Positions 9,961-20,247 of a stretch of 60,147 bases of DNA are shown piece after piece (within the stretch, counting starts at the first letter, position 1; every line of letters starts with the position of its first letter). Made by a program: the position numbers and the translations under genes. The notes below the pieces were generated by a model. The model saw nothing but the letters and a program-made list of their open reading frames with translations. It did not search any database and was not told the origin of the DNA. Source of the stretch: a virus. Lineage: Duplodnaviria > Caudoviricetes. Location of the stretch: IMG/VR virus record IMGVR_UViG_3300043433_000128, positions 1 through 60,147 of that record. One strand, 5' to 3'.

Positions 9961-10794
9961 TTAAAATCTAAGCCATTTTGGGGACCAATATAATCCAATT
10001 CCAATTTGAGGTCCTACTGTTATTACGATATTTGGTGTTAAATTAATCCCATATCCAGCGCCGATACCAATAGAAAATCCAGCTTTCTTTTCATTTTTTT
10101 GATTTAGTTTATCGTTAACTAAATTAATATTTTCAATATTTGTAAATTCAATTCCAGGGTAAGGTGTTGTTATCTTTAGTGAGTTAACTCCATTTTCGTT
10201 TAAGATTGCGGCTTTTAACTCAATACCTTGTTCGAAATCAAATCTATTAGAAGTTACTGTAAGATTATTTGTTTTTGTATTTCTTAAAACATCTAATGTT
10301 GCATTAAACCTTCTCCAATTATATTTATCCCAATTTTTATCATCACTGAATTTAATTGTTGATGTCGAATCAGTTATTTTAATCACAGTACCTTTTGAAT
10401 TAATGATTGAATCTTTAACTCTAATCTCTGTTCTTAATAGTGAATTTATATTCTTAATGTCTTTATTCAAATTAAGAGCCTTTTGATAATCTGCAATCGC
10501 TTTTTTATTAGCGTCATTTAAAGAATTAATATCGAATTCATACGCTAATTTTTGAGCAACTAATTCTCCATTTTCGTTTCTTACAATTTTAATAGTATCT
10601 TGACTAGCTTTATAATTATTAAGTTCTCTATTAGCAACAACTTCTACCTGCTTAATTTCTCTTTTTAAGGAAGCATTAGAATTACATTGTTGTAAAAAAA
10701 GCAGAATAAACACTATAAGACCAATATAAAGAATATCGGTCTTAGTTAGTTTTAGATTTTTAATCCAATTTATTATTTTAGTAATGTATATCAT
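9961..10794 (-). CDS. Membrane-anchored coiled-coil protein, possibly spanin-like
   Basis: N-terminal TM helix followed by QQC, coiled coil, C-terminal amphipathic beta hairpin ending in Phe. Confidence 0.5.
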   Translation of the reverse strand: MIYITKIINWIKNLKLTKTDILYIGLIVFILLFLQQCNSNASLKREIKQVEVVANRELNNYKASQDTIKIVRNENGELVAQKLAYEFDINSLNDANKKAIADYQKALNLNKDIKNINSLLRTEIRVKDSIINSKGTVIKITDSTSTIKFSDDKNWDKYNWRRFNATLDVLRNTKTNNLTVTSNRFDFEQGIELKAAILNENGVNSLKITTPYPGIEFTNIENINLVNDKLNQKNEKKAGFSIGIGAGYGINLTPNIVITVGPQIGIGLYWSPKWLRF

Positions 10795-10806
10795 ATTTTT
10801 AAAATA

Positions 10807-13302
10807 TTAGAATCCGCATTGTAACCATGTATTACCTCCATCAGAAGAGTATTCTAAAGATATTCCGGCAGATCCAAATGTACCTCCACCACCGGTACTA
10901 ATGTTAGCATTACCTCCATCAGAAGAGTATTCTAAAGATATTCCGGCAGATCCAAATGTACCTCCACCACCGGTACTAATGTTAGCATTACCATACATTG
11001 TTACGAGTACGTTATCTACTGCATTAAATTGAGATGGAGAAGCCGATATTGTCTGTGGCGTTGTTGTAACTGTAGGGAATGTTCCTGTAAAGTTGTTACC
11101 ATTAAAGCTACATCCAGCAGAACCACCATTTATGTAAGTGTTTGATGATAATCTAAATCTAACAACTGCACTAACACCAGGTCTAACTCTCATTGTACCA
11201 GAACCTGATATTGATATTGGGCTACTGCTTCCAGATCCAGTATAAGTGAAAGTGCCTCCATTATTACCTTGATTTACAAGGTCAGTATATACAACAGCGG
11301 ATGCATTAATATACGCAAATATTTGATATGTTCCTCCTGGATTATATTGACCAAAATTATTATCTTTGATGATATAGTCTATAGTTTTTCCATTTCCATT
11401 AAGATCTATTACCGAATGTTCAGTGAATTGGCCAACACCAGTATTTGCTATAGTTGTAAATGAAAAATTAGATAAACTTGGGCTAATAAACTTATAGAAA
11501 TGATCTGACGCCTTAATTCTATATTTAATATATCTAACGCTACCATTAACTGCAGTTACAGTGCCTGTTGTCATTAATGTTCCGGCTGAATTAGGATCAG
11601 TACCTAAATCATACACTTCAAATACTGAACCATCAGTTATTCCATCAACCGATGCATACGATACAGGAGTTGGGTATGTTACTGTGCTTTCTGGTATTAA
11701 TTCTACGTCGTTAGTGCTATCCCATGTAATTCCTCTCATTGCGCCAGGTGCTCCATGCGCTGAAACTTGTACTGTTAATGTAAATGTATTTGGGTAAGTT
11801 CCTGAACCCATAACAACATTTGTTACTGAATATCCAGTACCTGCTGTAAATCCAAGTGCGCTTAATTGTGTCGCGAAATAATAACCAGCAGCTGCAGTTA
11901 CTTGAATAAATGTTGTATATGAACTTCCTTGTGTTGCAGGTCCATATGCTATTTGCTGTGTTGGTGAACCAGAAACTGTATTATTTAAGTCATCTACTGC
12001 ATATAAGTTATTACCAGAAGGAGCTTGATTTCCTCCCATATCTTGCCAATAACAATCTTCATCTCCTAAATAAATTATCTGAGGAAGCTTTTTAATTTTA
12101 AAAGTACCTCCTGAATATGTAGAAATTGGAGTATCTGTTGTTGCTACTGTTGAAGAAATTCCATAAACATTAGGAGCTGGATTTGTAGCACTCATGCTAA
12201 TATCTGCACCTCCAACTAAGTGGACGTCATTATTAAGTACGTTTGCTGAACCTTGACTGTTTAAATTTATAGTACCTTGATTATCTTGTATTGTATATGA
12301 GAATGAGTTTAGATCCGGAACTGTATGTTGTAACTGTGAATTTGATCCTAACCAAGTTTTTCCATTACAAATATACCAGCCAGCATAATCATTAATTCCT
12401 TTACCAACACTTATTTTTAAAATGTCATCAATATTTGCTAAAGTTACTGTTTCTGAATTTACAAAATTTGAATTGTTGCTAAAAACAGACGGTAAAATCG
12501 AAACTATAGTTCCATAAGGTACTACTCCTCCAAGTTCATCGATACTTTTAAATACAACAGTACCATTATTATCGGAAGCTACTGCAATTTTATCCGCAGC
12601 TGCATTTGCATTTCCAATTTTTAATTGACCGTTAATTGTAACAGGTCTGTCAAATTCAACATCTCTATAATATGTAATACTAGCATCGCTTATGTTTAAT
12701 AATTCATTTCCAGTTGTGTTGTCAACGAAAATGTGTTTTTGAGCATGCCAAATAAGTGAAGTGTTTGCAATATTTTGGAATCCCATCGTAAACTTGTTGA
12801 TGGAATTTTGAGTGTCGTTTTCCATTCTAAAGTTGAATGAATTTCCAACAACATCAGAACTTGTAAATCTTAAATTATGTAAATAATTTGTTCTTCTATT
12901 AATAATCCACTGGTATGGTAATTGACCAGAAACTTGATTTTGGCCAACACCATATTCAGGATCAGTACTGATAAATCCAATACTAACTACTGGCGGATGT
13001 GTACTAATTGCTGGATTATGTATAGGTAAGATAGTATCTACAGGAACTGCTCCACCACCTGCTATATTTTTCCAATATGCTGTATTATTTGCTCCTTGAG
13101 TTCCTTCAGGTCCAGTTAAACCGATAGGACCTTGATAACCTTGAGCTCCTGTAATTCCAGTTGCTCCTTGATCACCAACAGGCCCTGTAAGTCCCATTGG
13201 TCCACCTCCATTAGCGACTAACTGATCAAAATTATAATTAATTTTGTCAAGCTTAATATTATCACTATCAGATAAATTTATCTGTTTCAGGTTTACTATC
13301 AT
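10807..13302 (-). CDS. Tail fibre-like protein with short collagen segment and collar domain
   Basis: KINYNFDQL anchor, about 12 G-X-Y triplets, collar motifs VPYGTIV / GWYICNG / VPDL, G/S/T-rich beta C-terminus. Confidence 0.75.
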   Translation of the reverse strand: MIVNLKQINLSDSDNIKLDKINYNFDQLVANGGGPMGLTGPVGDQGATGITGAQGYQGPIGLTGPEGTQGANNTAYWKNIAGGGAVPVDTILPIHNPAISTHPPVVSIGFISTDPEYGVGQNQVSGQLPYQWIINRRTNYLHNLRFTSSDVVGNSFNFRMENDTQNSINKFTMGFQNIANTSLIWHAQKHIFVDNTTGNELLNISDASITYYRDVEFDRPVTINGQLKIGNANAAADKIAVASDNNGTVVFKSIDELGGVVPYGTIVSILPSVFSNNSNFVNSETVTLANIDDILKISVGKGINDYAGWYICNGKTWLGSNSQLQHTVPDLNSFSYTIQDNQGTINLNSQGSANVLNNDVHLVGGADISMSATNPAPNVYGISSTVATTDTPISTYSGGTFKIKKLPQIIYLGDEDCYWQDMGGNQAPSGNNLYAVDDLNNTVSGSPTQQIAYGPATQGSSYTTFIQVTAAAGYYFATQLSALGFTAGTGYSVTNVVMGSGTYPNTFTLTVQVSAHGAPGAMRGITWDSTNDVELIPESTVTYPTPVSYASVDGITDGSVFEVYDLGTDPNSAGTLMTTGTVTAVNGSVRYIKYRIKASDHFYKFISPSLSNFSFTTIANTGVGQFTEHSVIDLNGNGKTIDYIIKDNNFGQYNPGGTYQIFAYINASAVVYTDLVNQGNNGGTFTYTGSGSSSPISISGSGTMRVRPGVSAVVRFRLSSNTYINGGSAGCSFNGNNFTGTFPTVTTTPQTISASPSQFNAVDNVLVTMYGNANISTGGGGTFGSAGISLEYSSDGGNANISTGGGGTFGSAGISLEYSSDGGNTWLQCGF
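10831..10992. repeat. Perfect 78-bp tandem duplication (2 copies plus ATTACC microhomology)
   Basis: 10831-10908 is identical to 10909-10986; encodes NANISTGGGGTFGSAGISLEYSSDGG twice. Confidence 0.95.
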
Positions 13303-13336
13303 TTCTTATTCTATATTTAGATTATATATTCCTTTT

Positions 13337-15661
13337 TTATGGACACTGGAATGGCAGTGTGATTGTACCATACGTTTGATCTATCGCTGAAGAATGTACT
13401 GCTTCGATTCCCATTCCATTTTCATAGATTCTTCTAAATTTTAAAGAAGATCCAGGTGCATTTTGACTAATAATATTAACAAGTGGTGGAGTAACTGGAT
13501 TAAAGCTTCCAACGTTTGGTAACCAATTTTGATGTACAAAAATTCTGGATCCTTCAACATATACGGACCAAAGAGCTACTGTAATATCATAAATAACATT
13601 AACGTCATCAGTTTCAACATAACAAGTTTTCCAATTTGAAAATGAAGGTATCACGTTACATGCTGCATGTCCACTAGTACTTGATGTTGTAAGAGGATTT
13701 GAAGGATTTGGGAATCCAGCGTTAAACATTAAAATATATTTAGTAACTAATGTTTCACCTTGAAAACTAGAACCATCCCAATATCTTCTAACACCAGGGC
13801 TTCCAGATGTTACTTCACGATACCAACCTTCTAATAGAATAAAATTATTTTGATCTAATATTTGAGTTGCAGTTTCAAACGACGTAGTATTTATTATATA
13901 TGTTGATAGCGAACCATTCTGAGAACCACTAATTGCTAAATCGGTAATTTCTCCATTTAATTCCTCGATGTTTTCATGGTAAACTAAATCAACGTAAGTT
14001 GATGTTAAAACAGAACATGTTGTCGGCAAACTAAAAGTAGCAGTTACATTATTCCATTGTCTCCAGACCTTCTGTCCACTTTGAGAAATTCTCATATAAA
14101 AACCTGAAGCTGCAAAATTAGTTGTTCCTGCATTATATAAGTATACACCAGGAAGAGTACCTGAATTTTCCCAATTTGTAATTGCTCCTCCATTCCAAGA
14201 ATATTGAATTGTAGTCGGAGTAATAATATTACAAATTTGAGTTCCTCCTCCGTTTGTTACCCTATAAACTAAATCAATATTAGTTGTTACTGGTGGCGGT
14301 GGCGGTGCACTTCCATCAGCATTAACCCATGTTAAATCATTTCTTTCTAAATAAACAATATGAACCATTCTACTTGCGTATAGTTCTACATTACCACCTG
14401 AAGTGCCTAAGTCTATTGTATCATTTGGTGTAGGTGATGTGTTATTATCTTCCCATACATTCGTGAACTGTGTTGTATATTCACCAACACCACTATATAC
14501 CGCTTCCATCGATATATCATAACCTCCAATTATTATTGGGGCATTATCTCCATTAGTAACCAACTCTTGTCCTCCTCCATTTGAAGCAATCGTATAATTA
14601 AAAGAATTTAAGTTCGGTGTTAAATACGATGAAATATTTGTGTCAAACTGCCAAGTTTCTCCATTACATAAATACCATCCTTCAAAATCAGTACCTATCT
14701 TTCCTCTACCGTATTTATTTTTCAGTGGTGGATTTCCAGGATCTTGATTTACAGTTTCATTTAGATAAAAGTTGTTTGAATTAAAATCCTCTTCTCTAAT
14801 TGAAATAATCGAACCTATTGGAAAGTTTTCAAAAACACTTTTCTTATTTTTCCAATCAGTTGTACCGTTAGTATCTGAAGAAACTAATATAAACCCCTCT
14901 GTAGGAGTTTTATCATATATAAATGTATCGTTTGATCTGAAATGAGCTCCAGAATCTACTATTGCTATTGATTGTTGCTGGCCACCTCCATAATTATTTT
15001 GACTAATTTTTATTAGTGAATACTTAAGGTCATGCGCAAATTGAGGATTTCCTAGATTTCCAATTGTATTTAATTTAGTATTTTCAGCAAGATGTATTAA
15101 TTCAAATCCAGCATCAGAAGTTACAAATTTACCAATATGAAGTTCTACCTGTCCGTTATTATTTAAAAGTCTCCAGTCAGAAACTTTACCATCATGTTGT
15201 AATCTTAAGTTTATTTTTGGACTTAAAGGATCGTTAGTTACTTTAATATTTGAAAGCATCGAATATTGATTGTAATCAGCAACACCAGTATATAATGGAT
15301 CTGTTGAATCAATACCAACTCTCATTACTATTGATGAATATTGAATTGGCGTTAAATCGTTTTTCTTTGGGAATAAATATTCAACATCATTTGTAGTATC
15401 ATTATAATAAATCCAATCATCAGGTGCAAATTGACCCTGTGGCCCTTGATTTCCTTGAGGACCAATATAACCTTGAGGACCTTGAACTCCTGTTGGACCA
15501 AACGGACCATCAATACCAGCATATCCCTGAGGACCTGGAATTCCACCGTTTGACAACTGAGTAAAATTAAAATTAATCTTATCAATCTTGTCTTTAGACC
15601 ACCAGGCAGTACTGTTTGGATCTAGATCACTCTTAAATATTTCTTTAATATTAATAGCCAT
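13337..15661 (-). CDS. Tail fibre-like protein, paralog of 10807-13302
   Basis: KINFNFTQL anchor, G-P-Q collagen triplets, FPIGSII / GWYLCNG / TPNLNSF collar, poly-Pro hinge. Confidence 0.75.
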   Translation of the reverse strand: MAINIKEIFKSDLDPNSTAWWSKDKIDKINFNFTQLSNGGIPGPQGYAGIDGPFGPTGVQGPQGYIGPQGNQGPQGQFAPDDWIYYNDTTNDVEYLFPKKNDLTPIQYSSIVMRVGIDSTDPLYTGVADYNQYSMLSNIKVTNDPLSPKINLRLQHDGKVSDWRLLNNNGQVELHIGKFVTSDAGFELIHLAENTKLNTIGNLGNPQFAHDLKYSLIKISQNNYGGGQQQSIAIVDSGAHFRSNDTFIYDKTPTEGFILVSSDTNGTTDWKNKKSVFENFPIGSIISIREEDFNSNNFYLNETVNQDPGNPPLKNKYGRGKIGTDFEGWYLCNGETWQFDTNISSYLTPNLNSFNYTIASNGGGQELVTNGDNAPIIIGGYDISMEAVYSGVGEYTTQFTNVWEDNNTSPTPNDTIDLGTSGGNVELYASRMVHIVYLERNDLTWVNADGSAPPPPPVTTNIDLVYRVTNGGGTQICNIITPTTIQYSWNGGAITNWENSGTLPGVYLYNAGTTNFAASGFYMRISQSGQKVWRQWNNVTATFSLPTTCSVLTSTYVDLVYHENIEELNGEITDLAISGSQNGSLSTYIINTTSFETATQILDQNNFILLEGWYREVTSGSPGVRRYWDGSSFQGETLVTKYILMFNAGFPNPSNPLTTSSTSGHAACNVIPSFSNWKTCYVETDDVNVIYDITVALWSVYVEGSRIFVHQNWLPNVGSFNPVTPPLVNIISQNAPGSSLKFRRIYENGMGIEAVHSSAIDQTYGTITLPFQCP

Positions 15662-15664
15662 TAA

Positions 15665-18600
15665 TTATGCTTGTATTTTAACATGGACTTTGAAATTATA
15701 GGTATACCCACGTCTTTTATTATATATCAGTCTAAAACTTAAGCCATCATTTTGATAACTTTGAATATTGAAGTTTGTTAATTTATTAAAACCATTTTCA
15801 GTTAATTCAGAAGTATTCAAAACAGATATAAAATTAGTAGCAAGATCTTTTCCTTCAACTCCATAAATATCAATGTTATCAATAATAAATCTTGTTGAAA
15901 TATTTGCATTTGCATACAACTTTAAATCATCATCAATAGAAGATTTATCCCCAAACGAATTTATCGGATTTACATACTTCTTAAATTTAATTCTAATTCC
16001 ATCTTCAATAAGTTCTCCTAGTATTGCATCCGGTAAATAAAAATCAGCGATAACTTGATATTCGTCTTCAAACCAATGTATTGTTTCAACATTAACATTA
16101 TTGACCCTAACCTTGTCAAGTGATTCTAATGTTTTTTCTTGAACATTAGTGAATTTTGTAATGTCATATGAATCCTTAACTTTCATGATCGTTGAAACCA
16201 TAAAGTTTTTCTTTTCTACGGGACTTAATGTTCCATGTGCTGTTCTAAATGCACCTCCTGGTAAAGATTTAATAAAGTAATCGTTAGCATATTTCGATTT
16301 AAACAAATTAATATTCTTTTTATCAATCGCGATCTCTCCAATAACTGGATATAGCGGCAATTTATCAGAAGTTTGAGAAAGTTTTAAAATACTTTTTGAA
16401 TCCTCGTCATTAACTTTATGATAAAAATAATTATTAATAAATCCATAATCAGAGCTATTGTTCTTATATGATTCAAATGCAACTCCTCTATTATTATTAG
16501 AATTATAAATAATAAGATTTCTATCACTTATTTGAGGAAGTTCAGGCGGTGTTGGCTGGAATGGTAATACCTTTCCGGCGTGAATATCTGTAAAACTTAT
16601 TACATTATTGAAAAGCGGATTATAGTCTCCGTTCATTCTTCTCAACATTGCGATATATCCTCCATCTTCTCTATCTACAATTATACTTCCAATTTCTCCT
16701 GAAGATAATCGATACGCCTTTGGTCTATCAGGATCAGTCTCTGATTTAATTATAGATGGTTTAATAACATCCACTCCAGATTCTATCGAAAGAACAAAAT
16801 CATTATTTGTAATTTTACCTGATTTATCAACGTTAATATAATTAACTTCTCCAAATTTATTAAATCTATTTGCGAAATTATAAGCATTTATTTCGTTTAA
16901 TAAATTTGCAAACTCGTTTTTACCACCCTGATAGTATTTAAAAATATAACTAGCAGAAGGTACTAAAGAAAAATCTTGTGGATTTAATCTAACTCCACCA
17001 GGAACTTCTTTACCAGTTGCGGTATCAAAAAGATACGGCCATCCTGAAACAAGAACGCTTTCATCATTTAAAATACTAACAACTTTTACAGCATAAGTAT
17101 CTCCTAATGCTGTAAAATATATCCAAGAATATTCACCAAATTCATCAGGTCTTACGTATTTTGTAAATTTAGCAGTACCATCAATAACTGAAGGAGCTGA
17201 AGCATTTAAAACAGCTTCATCATTTATTCCAGAAAAACTAGAGTTTTGAAAATCAATAAAGAATGGAATATCAGTATTTAAAGGTAAACCTGTTCCGATA
17301 TCGTTAATATCTTTTAAGGTATACATTAAATACCTGTTTATTTCTCCCTCTTTATTTTCAACAACATTTAGCTCGATAACTATACAAATAAATTTGAAAG
17401 CATCATTTTTCACAGTGCTTACAACCACTGAATTGTTGGTTATTGGGTTTCCATTGGAATCAACTTCCATATAGTAAGAAAATACAACTCCAAACTTATA
17501 ATCCGTAACATTCGAATCTGATATAAATTCAGTTGGTACTTCCTTTATATTTTCTTTTCTTTTTAAATAAGAATATCTAAGTCCTCTAAAAACGGTAGAA
17601 GAATTTTTAATACTATTTCCTTCATCAAATTTAGTCCATAATCTCTTGGCTGTATTATCATACCAAATATCATCGACCATATCATAATATCCATTCCAAT
17701 TAAAGTAAGATTCAAAATAATTAAAAGACGTATCCTTTAATTTGTTAACACTAACACCACCGTCACCGGCAAAATCAGTGTAATTATTAAAATCAAGCCT
17801 ACCATTACCTTGTAAACTTTTTGGAATTCTATTAATATGGAAATGTTCCATGTTCATATACTCAACCTTTCTTGGAGAGTCAATTTCAATATTTGGAGAA
17901 AGATTATCTTCACCAAACGCCTCATTAACATTTAGTATGTATGGCAAGTTTCTTGCATTAGATGCATCTTTGAGATTAAACTTACAAATTGTTGGAACCA
18001 TTCTACTATTTAAAGCAGTTTCCTTTAACTTGTTTTCATTCAATCTATCGTATTCATTTCTAATAATTCTAGCAGATGCTGTTTCTTGTATTTTTTCAGC
18101 TTCAAGAACATCGCTTAATCCTTCAAAAAATTCAAAGGCATCTATGTCAATTGGTATAAACTGAGGTTCATTTGGAGTTTCGGTTTGGTTTATGTAATTT
18201 GGATTTTTAATGATATATGTACCAGAATCATATTGTAAATCACCTATATTTGAATTTCTTTCTGAATAAAAATCAAAGTCAAAATCTTTAAAATCGTAAG
18301 CTGAAAATAAACCATGCTCCGTTCTATACACATCATATATTTCAAAAACGCTATCATTAGATAATGTCACCTTTGAATCTAGCACGATTCTATACGTATC
18401 AGTTTCAATTGGATCCTTTTCTATTTCTATGATTTGAATAAATTTATTATTGTCTTTTAATTTTACCCATTCTCCAACTTTAACATTTCCAATTTCACTT
18501 GATTTTACTAGAATCGACTGACCTTCACTTGAACCACCAATCATAGTATACATATCCCAATGTAAAAAGTTAGTTGTAATTCCAGGAGGAACTAGTGAAT

Positions 18601-20182
18601 TTGTTAAACCAACACTGTTTGCTTCTGCTGAATTAATTTCTACAAAATCAACAAGATTCTGTCCATAAACTCCAAATACACTTTGTCTTCTCTTATTGCC
18701 TGATAGAAAATCTTCAATGATAACAGAGCTTCCATCAACTCTTGTTTGATATGTTACAATCTCTCCATTTCTAATAGCTTGGGATATTGCAATTGCAATT
18801 TGTTGTAAACTTCCTTGTGTTGAGAATTTATTATTAACTGCTCTCGCTGCCGGTATATTAGAATCTGCTATAATTAAAAAGTCTCCTAAATTATAGTTAG
18901 AAATTTCAATTTCAGTTTTATCTCCAATAAATAATCTATCATTTGTTGAAGGTGTTGCAGTAACTGTAAACTTAATAAATCCTCTAGGATTTGGTTTCTT
19001 AGAAATTGAAGTTATTGTTTTTCCAGTTTTACCATATCCTCTAAAAAGAGAATCAATGTCTCCAGTAGAATTAATTAAAAACTTATTGTACTGAGAAATA
19101 GAAGAACCTTTTAAATTATAAAAAGTACCTTCTCTGTCTTTAACGTATCTTAAAGTAGGTATATTAAAATCAGCAGGAGTTGGGATCATATCAATATCTA
19201 TAAGTCCTGTTCCTGTTAAATCATATTGCGTTTGATATGTGTTTTGAACTATCTTAACGGATCCATCTGAATCAGCGACTTCACTTACAAAAGATCCTTC
19301 TGTTAAATCATCAACATATAATCCAAAGTATCTGTATATCTTGTAATCACTTGCGGTAACGTCATCAAATAAAAATTCCAGGTTAATTACATTAGCAATT
19401 GCAAGTCCATTTCTTTCAAAACCACCTGTAATTATCTCATTGCTAAAAAATTCAGGGTAATCTACTTGAGTGTAATATTTGTCGAACTGTTCAGCTTTAC
19501 TACTAAAACCTCCGTTTACTGTGTCAATTCCATTAAAGAATGATTGAGAACCCTCTTTAAAATTTACACTGATTGCTGCTTTTGGAAATTGTTTATCATT
19601 GATGTGATTCGATAAATATTCTCCTAATTTTGAAGAGTTACTTAAATCAAACGTTTTAACGATAGTTGCATTCTTAAGAATTTCTAGAATTCTATCATTT
19701 TGACCTAAAGTATCATCAGCATATTCTCTTTTATATTCAACATCTTCAATTCTGTAAACCACAAATTTAGATGGCATCTTTCTTTCAAGCCAAATCGGAG
19801 CAAATATTTTATATTGCTCATCATATAGTTTGGTTTCATTATGAATTGCACCATAATGATATTGATCTTCGTGTTGAAATTGATAATCAGAGTATACTGT
19901 TGTATCTGAAAACTTTCTAAGTACTTTATATTTTTCGATCGATGATAAACCTTTGTAGAAAGAAGCAATGTCGTATGAGTATCTTCCGGAAGATTTTAAC
20001 TCAAACTTTTGATATTCGATTCTTGAAAGTTCTTTACTTGCTCTAAATGAACTCAAAAACAAATCACCAATAGAGTTAACAACTAACTTTACATTAGTTG
20101 TTAACTTTGGGTTTGTTCTTAATATTGCGAAAGATTTATTATCTACTGAATTATCTTCAATATTGGTATTAATTGTAGCCAT
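15665..20182 (-). CDS. Large virion structural protein (probably baseplate/tail)
   Basis: ~1505 aa ORF in the structural operon; ATG 20182 (MATINT) preferred over GTG 20191. Confidence 0.6.
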   Translation of the reverse strand: MATINTNIEDNSVDNKSFAILRTNPKLTTNVKLVVNSIGDLFLSSFRASKELSRIEYQKFELKSSGRYSYDIASFYKGLSSIEKYKVLRKFSDTTVYSDYQFQHEDQYHYGAIHNETKLYDEQYKIFAPIWLERKMPSKFVVYRIEDVEYKREYADDTLGQNDRILEILKNATIVKTFDLSNSSKLGEYLSNHINDKQFPKAAISVNFKEGSQSFFNGIDTVNGGFSSKAEQFDKYYTQVDYPEFFSNEIITGGFERNGLAIANVINLEFLFDDVTASDYKIYRYFGLYVDDLTEGSFVSEVADSDGSVKIVQNTYQTQYDLTGTGLIDIDMIPTPADFNIPTLRYVKDREGTFYNLKGSSISQYNKFLINSTGDIDSLFRGYGKTGKTITSISKKPNPRGFIKFTVTATPSTNDRLFIGDKTEIEISNYNLGDFLIIADSNIPAARAVNNKFSTQGSLQQIAIAISQAIRNGEIVTYQTRVDGSSVIIEDFLSGNKRRQSVFGVYGQNLVDFVEINSAEANSVGLTNSLVPPGITTNFLHWDMYTMIGGSSEGQSILVKSSEIGNVKVGEWVKLKDNNKFIQIIEIEKDPIETDTYRIVLDSKVTLSNDSVFEIYDVYRTEHGLFSAYDFKDFDFDFYSERNSNIGDLQYDSGTYIIKNPNYINQTETPNEPQFIPIDIDAFEFFEGLSDVLEAEKIQETASARIIRNEYDRLNENKLKETALNSRMVPTICKFNLKDASNARNLPYILNVNEAFGEDNLSPNIEIDSPRKVEYMNMEHFHINRIPKSLQGNGRLDFNNYTDFAGDGGVSVNKLKDTSFNYFESYFNWNGYYDMVDDIWYDNTAKRLWTKFDEGNSIKNSSTVFRGLRYSYLKRKENIKEVPTEFISDSNVTDYKFGVVFSYYMEVDSNGNPITNNSVVVSTVKNDAFKFICIVIELNVVENKEGEINRYLMYTLKDINDIGTGLPLNTDIPFFIDFQNSSFSGINDEAVLNASAPSVIDGTAKFTKYVRPDEFGEYSWIYFTALGDTYAVKVVSILNDESVLVSGWPYLFDTATGKEVPGGVRLNPQDFSLVPSASYIFKYYQGGKNEFANLLNEINAYNFANRFNKFGEVNYINVDKSGKITNNDFVLSIESGVDVIKPSIIKSETDPDRPKAYRLSSGEIGSIIVDREDGGYIAMLRRMNGDYNPLFNNVISFTDIHAGKVLPFQPTPPELPQISDRNLIIYNSNNNRGVAFESYKNNSSDYGFINNYFYHKVNDEDSKSILKLSQTSDKLPLYPVIGEIAIDKKNINLFKSKYANDYFIKSLPGGAFRTAHGTLSPVEKKNFMVSTIMKVKDSYDITKFTNVQEKTLESLDKVRVNNVNVETIHWFEDEYQVIADFYLPDAILGELIEDGIRIKFKKYVNPINSFGDKSSIDDDLKLYANANISTRFIIDNIDIYGVEGKDLATNFISVLNTSELTENGFNKLTNFNIQSYQNDGLSFRLIYNKRRGYTYNFKVHVKIQA

Positions 20183-20247
20183 ACAGGACACTCTTTTTAT
20201 TTAGATTATATATCACAGATTACCGAGACATAAAATCAAAGAGTGGT

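Noticed and set aside
10831-10992. 78-bp repeat as a diversity-generating retroelement TR/VR pair
   Set aside because: Copies are adjacent, in frame and identical (no adenine-specific mismatches), and there is no reverse transcriptase in the window.
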